Source of the DNA: Candidatus Omnitrophota bacterium
Lineage (GTDB): Bacteria > Omnitrophota > Gorgyraeia > Gygaellales > Profunditerraquicolaceae
NCBI GenBank assembly: GCA_030650425.1
Contig: JAUSED010000008.1
Location: forward strand, 4,554-68,553
Reading direction: 5' to 3'
Length of the DNA stretch: 64,000 bases
The notes under the pieces are model-generated. The model did no database searches. It was not told the DNA's origin and was given only the letters and a program-made list of their open reading frames with translations. Each line of letters begins with the position of its first letter. Position 1 is the stretch's first letter. Of this stretch, positions 18,171-26,695 are shown one piece after another. A program made the position numbers and the translations under genes.

Positions 18171-18213
18171 AAAATGGGGACTGTCCCCGTTTTCTGGGGA
18201 CTGTCCCCATTTT
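18171..18213. repeat. 43-bp near-perfect palindrome AAAATGGGGACTGTCCCC-GTTTTCT-GGGGACTGTCCCC-ATTTT (dapB/dapL junction)
   Basis: Two GGGGACTGTCCCC copies, each followed by a T-rich run. Confidence 0.7.
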
Positions 18214-18219
18214 AGTTAA

Positions 18220-19377
18220 ATGTTTAAACTATCCAAAAAATTACAGGCTTTACCGCCATATTTATTTTTGGAGATGGATAAAGCCAAAAGGCAGGCGCGC
18301 GCCGAAGGCCGCGATATTATTGATTTAGGTATAGGAGACCCGGATCAGCCGACACCTAAATATATCATCGAGGCATTATACCGCGCGGCGCTTGACCCGG
18401 CTAACCATCGTTATGCCTTAGATCAGGGTATGCCGGTTTTACGCCGGGCTATCGAAAGCTGGTATAAACGCAGGTTTAATGTCAGCCTTAATCCTGATTC
18501 CGAAATCCTTCCCTTAATTGGCTCAAAAGAGGGAATCGCGCATTTTCCGCTCGCCTTTTTAAACCCCGGTGATTATTCCTTGGTTCCTGATCCGTGCTAT
18601 CCTCCGTATAAAGGCGGAACGATCTTAGCCGGAGGTAAACCTTATCTTATGCCGTTACTTAAAGAAAATGCCTTCCTTCCCGATTTAAAGAAGATACCGT
18701 TTAACGCGCGCAAAAAAGCAAAAATAATTTTTATAAATTATCCCAATAATCCTACATCAGCGGTTGTTCAGCAATCTTTTTATCAAGAATTAATCGATTT
18801 CGCGCGTAAAAATAAGATCATTATTATTTCAGATCTGGCTTATTCCGAGATATATTTTGACGGATACAAGCCGCAAAGTATATTGGAATTAGATGGCGCG
18901 AGAGAGGTGGTAGTAGAATTCCATTCGCTCTCCAAAACTTTCAATATGACCGGTTGGCGGGTGGGCTGGGCAAGCGGGAATAAAAAATTAATCGCTGCTT
19001 TGGCTAAAGTTAAATCCAATATTGATTCCGGGATATTCTCGGCGGTGCAATTAGCCGGGATAGCCGCGCTTAGCGCTCCGCAAGAACATATTGAGCATAT
19101 GTGCACTCTTTATCAAGAAAGGCGTGATTTGTTGGTTAGCGGCCTAAATTCTTTAGGTTGGCAGGTGGATAGCCCCAAAGCGACATTTTATCTCTGGATA
19201 AAGCTGCCTAAGACATGCGGTTCGCTAAAATTCGCCGGGGATTTATTAGAGCAAGCGAATATTGTCGTTACTCCCGGAGTAGGCTTTGGTAAATACGGAG
19301 AAGGATATATTCGTATGGCGCTTACCGTGAATCGGGAACGTATCAGAGAGGCGCTCGATAGGCTCAAGAGTTTATGA
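18220..19377 (+). CDS. dapL: LL-diaminopimelate aminotransferase (class I PLP aminotransferase), DapL-type
   Basis: 385 aa; N-terminal LPPYLFLEMD...LGIGDPD resembles DapL; SLSKTF PLP-lysine motif; sits in the dap operon. Confidence 0.7.
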   Translation: MFKLSKKLQALPPYLFLEMDKAKRQARAEGRDIIDLGIGDPDQPTPKYIIEALYRAALDPANHRYALDQGMPVLRRAIESWYKRRFNVSLNPDSEILPLIGSKEGIAHFPLAFLNPGDYSLVPDPCYPPYKGGTILAGGKPYLMPLLKENAFLPDLKKIPFNARKKAKIIFINYPNNPTSAVVQQSFYQELIDFARKNKIIIISDLAYSEIYFDGYKPQSILELDGAREVVVEFHSLSKTFNMTGWRVGWASGNKKLIAALAKVKSNIDSGIFSAVQLAGIAALSAPQEHIEHMCTLYQERRDLLVSGLNSLGWQVDSPKATFYLWIKLPKTCGSLKFAGDLLEQANIVVTPGVGFGKYGEGYIRMALTVNRERIREALDRLKSL

Positions 19378-19781
19378 TAATTTGTTATTTGGGGGTAGGC
19401 TCGAATTTAGGGAACAGGAGAAATAACATAGAGCAGGCTATAAGAAAGATAAACCTTTTGAAGAATACTCAAGTTTTGAAACGATCATCTTTAATCCAAA
19501 CAGATCCTCTCGGGGGTACTGCTGGCCAGCCAAAGTTCCTCAACGCTAGCCTAAAAATAAGCACAAGCCTTTCACCTTTAGCCCTGCTTAAGAATTTAAA
19601 AATAATAGAAAAAGAATTAGGAAGAAAGAAAACCGTGCGTAATGGAGCGCGAACAATCGATTTGGATATTTTACTTTATGGAGACAAAACAGTGAAGAGA
19701 AAGGGATTAATTATTCCTCACCCGCGTATGTTTAGCCGTGACTTTGTGATTAGGCCGTTGTCGGAGGTAATACAAAGGTGA
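19374..19781 (+). CDS. folK: 2-amino-4-hydroxy-6-hydroxymethyldihydropteridine pyrophosphokinase (HPPK)
   Basis: 135 aa; CYLGVGSNLG N-terminus and RTIDLDILLYG motif. Confidence 0.82.
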   Translation: MIICYLGVGSNLGNRRNNIEQAIRKINLLKNTQVLKRSSLIQTDPLGGTAGQPKFLNASLKISTSLSPLALLKNLKIIEKELGRKKTVRNGARTIDLDILLYGDKTVKRKGLIIPHPRMFSRDFVIRPLSEVIQR

Positions 19782-19812
19782 CTGTCACGTCTTTTGTGAC
19801 TGTCACCTTTGT
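19772..19812. repeat. hairpin ACAAAGGTGACTGTCACG-TCTTT-TGTGACTGTCACCTTTGT overlapping folK stop
   Basis: 16-18 bp stem; GTGACTGTCAC core also at 29108-29126 and 34370-34410. Confidence 0.65.
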
Positions 19813-19823
19813 ATGAGAATAAT

Positions 19824-20672
19824 ATGAAAACGGTAAAAAATCCGGAAACTATATCTAAATCTTTAAAAAAGTTTAAATTAAAAGGAAAATCCATCGGTTT
19901 TGTTCCGACCATGGGAGCTTTACACGCAGGCCACTTAAGTTTAATCAGAGAAGCGGCTAAAGAGAATAAAATTATCGTGGTGAGCATCTTTGTAAACCCA
20001 ACGCAGTTTGGCCCGCAAGAAGATTTAAAGAGCTATCCCCGGCCAATAAAGAAAGATCTCTTACTTTGCCAAAAAGAAGGGGTGGAATATGTTTTTCTGC
20101 CTCAGGTAAAAGATATCTACCCGCGAGGATTTTCTACTTATGTTAACGTGGAAGGATTAAGCGATCTGCTTTGTGGAAAAGCGCGGCCGGGGCATTTTCG
20201 GGGAGTTGCCACGGTAGTAACCAAGCTTTTCAATATTATCCAGCCTGATACCGCCTATTTTGGACAGAAAGACGCGCAACAGGCGATGATCATTCAAAGG
20301 ATGGCCAAAGATTTAAATATGCCGGTAAAAATAAAAGTTATAGCGACGGCGCGCGAAAAAGACGGCTTGGCCTTGAGTTCGAGGAATGTATATTTGAGTA
20401 AAAATGAAAGAAAAGACGCGCTGGTTTTATCAAAAGCCTTAAATTTAGCCAAGATTTTAATTAAGGGAGGCGCTAAAGACACCGGCAGGATTATTAGCAG
20501 GATGAAACAGTTAATCATCAGTAAAAAAAGCGCAAAAATTAATTATATCGCCGTAGTTGATCCCATGAATCTTAAGCCGCTTAAGAAGATTTCCGGTGAT
20601 TATTTAATTGCTTTGGCAGTAAGCATTGGTAAGATTCGGTTGATCGATAATTTTCAGGGACGGCTTTATTGA
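19824..20672 (+). CDS. panC: pantoate--beta-alanine ligase
   Basis: ORF track starts at TTG 19809; ATG 19824 gives MKTVKNPE...; IGFVPTMGALHAGH and GQKDAQQ motifs. Confidence 0.87.
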   Translation: MKTVKNPETISKSLKKFKLKGKSIGFVPTMGALHAGHLSLIREAAKENKIIVVSIFVNPTQFGPQEDLKSYPRPIKKDLLLCQKEGVEYVFLPQVKDIYPRGFSTYVNVEGLSDLLCGKARPGHFRGVATVVTKLFNIIQPDTAYFGQKDAQQAMIIQRMAKDLNMPVKIKVIATAREKDGLALSSRNVYLSKNERKDALVLSKALNLAKILIKGGAKDTGRIISRMKQLIISKKSAKINYIAVVDPMNLKPLKKISGDYLIALAVSIGKIRLIDNFQGRLY

Positions 20673-21490
20673 ATAAACTAAAAATAGGAATAGTCGGCTG
20701 CGGCGCGATCGGCAGCTCTCTGGCCAAGGTCATTGTTAAGGACTTTTCCGGTGAAGCTAAGCTTTGCGCTCTTTATGATTTGGATAATGAGCAGGCTGTG
20801 GGTTTATCAAGGGAAGTTTTTGGAAGGCCTACTTTAGCGGTTCCTGGCTTTAATCAGTTAATCAGAAAATCAGAATTGATCATTGAGGCGGCATCGGCAA
20901 AAGCCTCTTGGGAGATCGCCAAGCTAGCCTTATCTCACGGTAAAGATATTATGATTATGAGCGTTGGCGGAGTATCGAGCCGGTTTAAGCAATTGACCGT
21001 GTTGGCTAAAAATAATGGCGCTAAAGTTTATATCCCCAGCGGCGCTATAGCCGGGATAGACGCGTTAAAAGCGGCAAATATAGGAAAAATTAAAAAAGTA
21101 ATCCTTACTACGATCAAAAACCCGTTGTCTTTTAAAGGGGTGGAATATGTTGAGAAAGCGGGTATAAATTTGGGCAAGATAAAAGACGCTACCGTATTAT
21201 TTTCAGGCAGGGCGGCTGATGCGGTTAAGTGTTTTCCTCAAAACATCAATGTTGCCGCGACGTTAAGCTTAGCAGGCATAGGAGAAGGCAAAACTCAAGT
21301 TAGGATTATTGCTTCTCCTAAAGTTACCAGAAATATACACGAAATTGCGATAGAATCTGACGCCGGGGATATCTTTACCCGTACGGAAAATATTTTACAT
21401 CCGGATAATCCAAAGACGAGTTATTTGGCGGTATTATCGGCAGTGGCGATGTTGAAGCAGATTTTGGAGCCGGTGAAAATCGGCACATAA
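20669..21490 (+). CDS. nadX: L-aspartate dehydrogenase (NadX family)
   Basis: 273 aa; KIGIVGCGAIGSSLAK Rossmann N-terminus, length and layout like NadX. Confidence 0.7.
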   Translation: MNKLKIGIVGCGAIGSSLAKVIVKDFSGEAKLCALYDLDNEQAVGLSREVFGRPTLAVPGFNQLIRKSELIIEAASAKASWEIAKLALSHGKDIMIMSVGGVSSRFKQLTVLAKNNGAKVYIPSGAIAGIDALKAANIGKIKKVILTTIKNPLSFKGVEYVEKAGINLGKIKDATVLFSGRAADAVKCFPQNINVAATLSLAGIGEGKTQVRIIASPKVTRNIHEIAIESDAGDIFTRTENILHPDNPKTSYLAVLSAVAMLKQILEPVKIGT

Positions 21491-21520
21491 TTTACAAAAA
21501 GAGAGGGGGTGAATCAGAAA

Positions 21521-21760
21521 ATGGCAGAGAAAATAGTGAAACTGGGGATCAAGAGAGAGAAGGGTTTCCTCTATTACATTGACAAGCAAGGTGATGTATC
21601 TTGCGCCAAGATGGCCAGAGGCGCGAAAAAAGGAGGCAGCCCCAAGAAGGTAGCTAAGTGCGGTATCAAGAGAAAAGAAGGCTACCTTTACTTCTTGGAT
21701 AAAAAAGGCGATGTTTCAGCTGCAAAGATGAAAAGAGGCGGTAAGAAGAAAAAGAGATAA
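21521..21760 (+). CDS. small Lys-rich protein made of two tandem ~38-aa repeats; unknown function
   Basis: ATG 21521 after GAGAGGGGGTGA RBS; repeats GIKREKGFLYYIDKQGDVSCAKMARG / GIKRKEGYLYFLDKKGDVSAAKMKRG; C-terminal KKKKR. Confidence 0.5.
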   Translation: MAEKIVKLGIKREKGFLYYIDKQGDVSCAKMARGAKKGGSPKKVAKCGIKRKEGYLYFLDKKGDVSAAKMKRGGKKKKR

Positions 21761-21777
21761 ATGTAAAACAAAAACAA

Positions 21778-21915
21778 GGGACCGTTTCTATTTTTTCATA
21801 GTAGGGACACTTTTCTTTAGCCTGAAGGGGACACTTTCCTTTTGAGGCTTTCATTAGAGCCCTGACGGAAAGTGTCCCCTGAACGCCCTGAACGAGGAAA
21901 AATAGAAACGGTCCC
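21778..21915. repeat. composite element: TIR GGGACCGTTTCTATTTTTT ... AAAAATAGAAACGGTCCC enclosing GTAG-GGGACACTTTTC, GGGGACACTTTCC / GGAAAGTGTCCCC
   Basis: 138 bp; between the Lys-rich mini-protein gene and GT2. Confidence 0.75.
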
Positions 21916-21934
21916 AAGTTTCTCAGGTTTCTAT

Positions 21935-22702
21935 ATGCTAGAAGGCAAAAAAATTATAGTGGTGATGCCTGCTTATAACGCCGAGCTTACCTTAGAGCAG
22001 ACTTACCGTGACATCCCTAAGGGCTTGGTGGATGAGGTATTGGTTGTAGACGACCATAGCCGCGATAAGACCGTGGAGGTCTGCCGCAGGCTGGGCCTGC
22101 AGGTGTTTGTGCACGAAGATAACAAGGGTTATGGAGCAAACCAAAAAACTTGTTACAGGGAGGCGTTAAGAAGAGGGGCGGATGTCGTGATTATGCTTCA
22201 TCCTGATTACCAATATCCCCCGAGGTTAATCACCGCGATGGCCGGCTTGGTCGTTTCCGGGATGTTCGATATTGTTTTAGGGTCACGGATATTGGGCGGA
22301 ATGAGCCTAAAAGGAGGGATGCCGCTCTATAAATACATTTCAAACAGGTTCCTTACTTTGTTTGAGAATATCATTACAGGCGCGCAGCTCTCTGAGTACC
22401 ATACGGGTTACCGGGCTTTTTCCCGCGAGGTTTTACTGCGCCTTCCTTTGCTGGAGAACTCCGATGATTTTATTTTTGATAACCAGATCCTTGTTCAGGC
22501 AATCCGCTTTAATTATAGGATAGGCGAATTAACCGCGCCTTCCCGGTATACCAAAGAATCATCTTCGATTTCGTTAAAAAGAAGCATCGTTTATGGCTTG
22601 GGAGTAATCGTGACAGCCTTAAGCTTACTTTTAGAAAAATCAAATTTAATTAAATTCCGCATCTTCAATCCCAATGGCCGCAAAATCGACCTTACAATAT
22701 AG
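21935..22702 (+). CDS. family 2 glycosyltransferase, polyprenyl-phosphate sugar synthase type (DPM1/ArnC-like)
   Basis: ATG 21935 (ORF track start at 21872 lies inside a repeat element); VVDDHSRD and DxD-type motifs. Confidence 0.78.
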   Translation: MLEGKKIIVVMPAYNAELTLEQTYRDIPKGLVDEVLVVDDHSRDKTVEVCRRLGLQVFVHEDNKGYGANQKTCYREALRRGADVVIMLHPDYQYPPRLITAMAGLVVSGMFDIVLGSRILGGMSLKGGMPLYKYISNRFLTLFENIITGAQLSEYHTGYRAFSREVLLRLPLLENSDDFIFDNQILVQAIRFNYRIGELTAPSRYTKESSSISLKRSIVYGLGVIVTALSLLLEKSNLIKFRIFNPNGRKIDLTI

Positions 22703-23879
22703 ACTGATTTTATTTCTGATTATTGCAGTAGCTGTTACGTTAATCTCCCCGACCTTTAAAAAAATACAGTTTGCCTCTGGCGTGGATGAAGGGTATTATT
22801 TTAAATATGCCGCTTTTATCTCCGCGAAAGGCTTATCCGGGTTCAGCGAGCTTTTCAAGGGATACCTTGGGAATCAGGAACATTGGCTTTTCCCCAGCCC
22901 GCTCAGAGCCGGTTACATAATTTTATCGGCGGTTTGGCTAAAAATATTCGGCCAGTCATTCATCAACCTGGCCTATTTTTCTTTATTCTGCTACGTGCTT
23001 TTTTTAGGGGTTAACTATTATTTTTCGAAGAAATATCTGGGCGGGCAACTCGCCTTATTATTCGTACTCCTGCTTGCCTTTTCGCCGCTGCAGCTGGCGA
23101 TGAGCAGGAGGGCGTTGGCCGAGGCAGCCGTTAATTTATTCTCCTCTTTATCGATTTGGTTCTTCTGGGATTTTTTACGGGAGCGCAAGCATAGAACATT
23201 TATTTTTTTCATCGCGGCGATGAGCGTAAATATTTTAATCAAAGAAAGTTCAGCCTTATTGGTTTTTACGTTCCTGATCTTATGGCTAATCGATAAATTT
23301 ATCTATCAAGGAAAGGCGGATTTTAAAGAATGCGCGTCTATTTTGATCTTTCCGCTGTTTGCCGCAGGGCTGGCCTTTTGGCTGTTAAGATGCCTCCCGT
23401 ATCTATTTAGCGCGATAAAAATAATCTTAAATTCTCCCGGGACTAATGCTTACGCGATCCAATTTGGCTCAGGGCCATGGTATCGTTATCTCATAGATTA
23501 TATGCTTCTTTCTCCATGGGCAGTTATTTTGGCATTGGGTTTCATTTTGCGTCTTTTATTAGGCAAAGCGGACAATGAGATGCACGCGTATTTCGCGGCC
23601 TTTTTTTTAGCCGCCTTTATTTTATTAAATATCTTTACCAAAAACGTTCGTTACGCGATTGTTTTGGATATGCCTATGCGTTTGTTTTCGCTGCTTATGC
23701 TGGAAAGAATCACCCGGAGGATCTTTCCTCAGCAGGCGATAAAATTACTTTCTGTTTTAGTCGTCGCGTTAGCATTCTCCGATTACTTTAATTTTTATGA
23801 GATATTTGTTCAAGGAGGGGTTTATGACCCGGCAAGCTTTCTTTTGCTTAAAGCCAAACATATCATTCCTTTCAATTAA
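22674..23879 (+). CDS. polytopic membrane glycosyltransferase, GT39/GT83 (PMT/ArnT-like)
   Basis: 401 aa, ~11 predicted TM segments; loop-1 motif [12 protein letters not shown] resembles DE(x)RYA of ArnT/PMT; follows the GT2. Confidence 0.65.
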   Translation: MAAKSTLQYRLILFLIIAVAVTLISPTFKKIQFASGVDEGYYFKYAAFISAKGLSGFSELFKGYLGNQEHWLFPSPLRAGYIILSAVWLKIFGQSFINLAYFSLFCYVLFLGVNYYFSKKYLGGQLALLFVLLLAFSPLQLAMSRRALAEAAVNLFSSLSIWFFWDFLRERKHRTFIFFIAAMSVNILIKESSALLVFTFLILWLIDKFIYQGKADFKECASILIFPLFAAGLAFWLLRCLPYLFSAIKIILNSPGTNAYAIQFGSGPWYRYLIDYMLLSPWAVILALGFILRLLLGKADNEMHAYFAAFFLAAFILLNIFTKNVRYAIVLDMPMRLFSLLMLERITRRIFPQQAIKLLSVLVVALAFSDYFNFYEIFVQGGVYDPASFLLLKAKHIIPFN

Positions 23880-23902
23880 TTATTCGCGCAGGTTAAAAAA
23901 TA

Positions 23903-26695
23903 ATGCAGAATGAATTTATTATTATCCGCGGGGCTAAAGAGCACAATTTAAAGAATATAAACCTTAAACTTCCCCGTAATAAACTGATCGTGGTCACCGG
24001 TTTATCCGGTTCAGGTAAATCCAGCCTCGCCTTTGATACAATTTACGCCGAAGGCCAACGCAGGTTTGTGGAAAGCCTCTCTAGTTATGCCCGGCAATTC
24101 TTAGAGAAATTACAGAAGCCGGATATAGAATACATATCCGGCTTATCTCCTGCTATTGCTATTGAGCAGAGGTCTGCCGGTTCCAATCCTCGTTCCACGG
24201 TGGCAACGCAAACCGAAATCTATGATTATTTAAGGATTCTTTTTAGCCGTATTGGCAGGGTATTTTGTTACCATTGCCAAGAGCCAATCCAGAGGCAGAG
24301 CGCGCAGGAAATTATCGAAAAGATCGTCTCTCTGCCGGCAGGGATAGATATCCAGATTTTGGCTCCGCTGGCGCGGGGAAAAAAGGGCGAACATAAGGAT
24401 ATATTATCCGGAATTCAGAAATCAGGATTTACGCGGGCGCGCGTTGACGGAAAGGTTTATGAATTACCCGTAAAATTAAAATTGGCTAAATATAAAATGC
24501 ATAACCTGGAAGTAGTGGTGGACAGGCTCACTCTTAGGGAAGGGATTAAAAATCGGCTTACGGATTCAGTCGAGACCGCGCTCAAGGTTGGCAAGGGCAT
24601 AGTTATTATTAGCCGGTTGAACCCGCCAACAGATTTAGTTTTTAGCGAACAATACGCCTGCGCTAAATGCGGGGTAAATTACGCGGAGGTTGAGCCGCGT
24701 ATTTTTTCTTTTAATTCTCCTTATGGAGCTTGTCCCGAATGTAATGGCTTGGGGACAAAAATTAAATTTGATTCCGATCTGGTTATCCCCGACAGGAGTA
24801 AATCGATAAACGAAGGCGCTATTGCCCCGTGGAAAAGAGGCGGGAGGGGTTATATCCTTTACTATCGCTGGCTGATCCGGGAATTGGCCGCGCGGCTGCG
24901 CTTTAATTTAGATACCCCGTTCAATAAATTATCCAAAGAAAATCAAAACGCGATCCTTTATGGCTCGAAAGAGTTTATTGGCAATAAACCTTTTGAAGGG
25001 GTAATCCCGCATCTGGAAAGATTATTCCGCGAATCAGATAGCGATTACCTGAAAGAAGAGATAACTAAGTTTATGACCAGTTCAGCTTGTCCGCTATGTA
25101 AAGGCGCCCGGCTCAAGAAGGAGAGCCTAGCGGTGAGGATTAGCGGGAAGAACATCTGGGAAGTTAGCCGGATGTCCATTAAAGAAGCGCGCCATTTTTT
25201 TAATCATCTTGAATTAAACGCCAAAGAAAAACTGATTGCTTATCAGGCGCTCAAGGAGATCATCCAAAAGTTAAGATTCTGTGTTGATGTCGGCCTCGAC
25301 TATCTTACCTTGGATAGAAAGAGCTCGACTCTTTCCGGAGGAGAGGCGCAGAGGATCCGTTTAGCTACTCAGGTTGGTTCAGGCCTGGTCGGAGTTTTAT
25401 ATGTCTTGGATGAGCCGAGTATCGGGCTGCATCAACGGGATAATGATAAGCTGCTGGCTACACTTAAGTCATTGAGGGATTTAGGGAATACTCTGCTGGT
25501 GGTTGAGCATGACGAATCAACCATTCTCAGCGCGGATTACGTGGTGGATTTAGGCCCGGGCGCAGGCAGGCATGGAGGCGAAGTGGTTTTTTCAGGAGTA
25601 AAAGAAGAGCTGTTAAAAGACAGGCATTCTTTGACCGCTAAATATTTACGCGGGGAATTAAAAATCGATTTACCGCAAAACAGGAGAAGCTGGCGTGACA
25701 AAAAGATGTTGGAGATAAAGGGAGCCAGCGAACATAATCTTAAGCATATCGATGCCAAATTTCCTTTAGGGATTTTTATCGGGGTTACCGGCGTATCCGG
25801 TTCAGGCAAATCCACTCTCGTTGATGAAATATTATTCCGGGCGCTCTCTCAAAGGCTTTATCGCGCGAAAGAAAAGCCCGGAGCCTTTAAAAAGATTACC
25901 GGTGTAGAATTTATTGATAAAGTGATTGTGGTGGATCAGTCGCCAATAGGCCGAACTCCCCGCTCTAACCCGGCTACTTATACGGGAGTGTTTAATTATA
26001 TCCGCGATATCTTCGCCCGGCTTCCTGAGTCGCGCGGCCGGGGTTATCAACCCGGAAGGTTCTCCTTTAATGTCAAAGGCGGCCGCTGCGAGGCATGTAT
26101 GGGCGATGGGATAAAAAAGATCGAGATGCATTTTTTGCCCGATGTCTATGTTAAATGCGATATCTGCAAGGGCTTAAGGTTTAACGAGGCAACTTTAGCC
26201 ATAAAATATAAAGGCAAGTCTATCGCCGACGTACTGGAGATGACCGTAGAAGAGGCCCGGGAGGCCTTTAATAATATCCCGGCTATAAAAAATACGCTTG
26301 CTTACTTATTCGATGTTGGTTTGGGATATATCCAACTCGGCCAATCCGCGACTACCTTATCCGGAGGAGAAGCGCAGAGGATTAAGCTTTCCAGCGAATT
26401 GAGCAAGCGCGCGACCGGCAACACACTTTACATCCTTGATGAGCCGACCACGGGCTTGCATTTTGCCGATGTGGCTAAATTAATCAATGTCTTGCAGAGG
26501 TTAGTCGATAAGGGGAATACGGTGATTGTTATTGAACATAATTTAGAGGTGATTAAAAGCGCGGATTATATCATTGATTTGGGACCCGAAGGCGGGGATA
26601 AAGGTGGAGAGTTGGTTGCCTCAGGCAGCCCGGAAGAAATTATCCGGAATCAAGACTCCTACACAGGCCAGTTTCTTAAAAAAATATTGCTATGA
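23903..26695 (+). CDS. uvrA: excinuclease ABC subunit A
   Basis: 930 aa; two ABC ATPase modules (GLSGSGKSSLAFDT, GVSGSGKSTLV) and zinc-finger Cys clusters. Confidence 0.93.
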   Translation: MQNEFIIIRGAKEHNLKNINLKLPRNKLIVVTGLSGSGKSSLAFDTIYAEGQRRFVESLSSYARQFLEKLQKPDIEYISGLSPAIAIEQRSAGSNPRSTVATQTEIYDYLRILFSRIGRVFCYHCQEPIQRQSAQEIIEKIVSLPAGIDIQILAPLARGKKGEHKDILSGIQKSGFTRARVDGKVYELPVKLKLAKYKMHNLEVVVDRLTLREGIKNRLTDSVETALKVGKGIVIISRLNPPTDLVFSEQYACAKCGVNYAEVEPRIFSFNSPYGACPECNGLGTKIKFDSDLVIPDRSKSINEGAIAPWKRGGRGYILYYRWLIRELAARLRFNLDTPFNKLSKENQNAILYGSKEFIGNKPFEGVIPHLERLFRESDSDYLKEEITKFMTSSACPLCKGARLKKESLAVRISGKNIWEVSRMSIKEARHFFNHLELNAKEKLIAYQALKEIIQKLRFCVDVGLDYLTLDRKSSTLSGGEAQRIRLATQVGSGLVGVLYVLDEPSIGLHQRDNDKLLATLKSLRDLGNTLLVVEHDESTILSADYVVDLGPGAGRHGGEVVFSGVKEELLKDRHSLTAKYLRGELKIDLPQNRRSWRDKKMLEIKGASEHNLKHIDAKFPLGIFIGVTGVSGSGKSTLVDEILFRALSQRLYRAKEKPGAFKKITGVEFIDKVIVVDQSPIGRTPRSNPATYTGVFNYIRDIFARLPESRGRGYQPGRFSFNVKGGRCEACMGDGIKKIEMHFLPDVYVKCDICKGLRFNEATLAIKYKGKSIADVLEMTVEEAREAFNNIPAIKNTLAYLFDVGLGYIQLGQSATTLSGGEAQRIKLSSELSKRATGNTLYILDEPTTGLHFADVAKLINVLQRLVDKGNTVIVIEHNLEVIKSADYIIDLGPEGGDKGGELVASGSPEEIIRNQDSYTGQFLKKILL

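Noticed and set aside
18113-18328. ORF 18113-18328 spanning the dapB/dapL junction
   Set aside because: Reads through the GGGGACTGTCCCC palindromes and overlaps both flanking genes out of frame; artefact of the repeat
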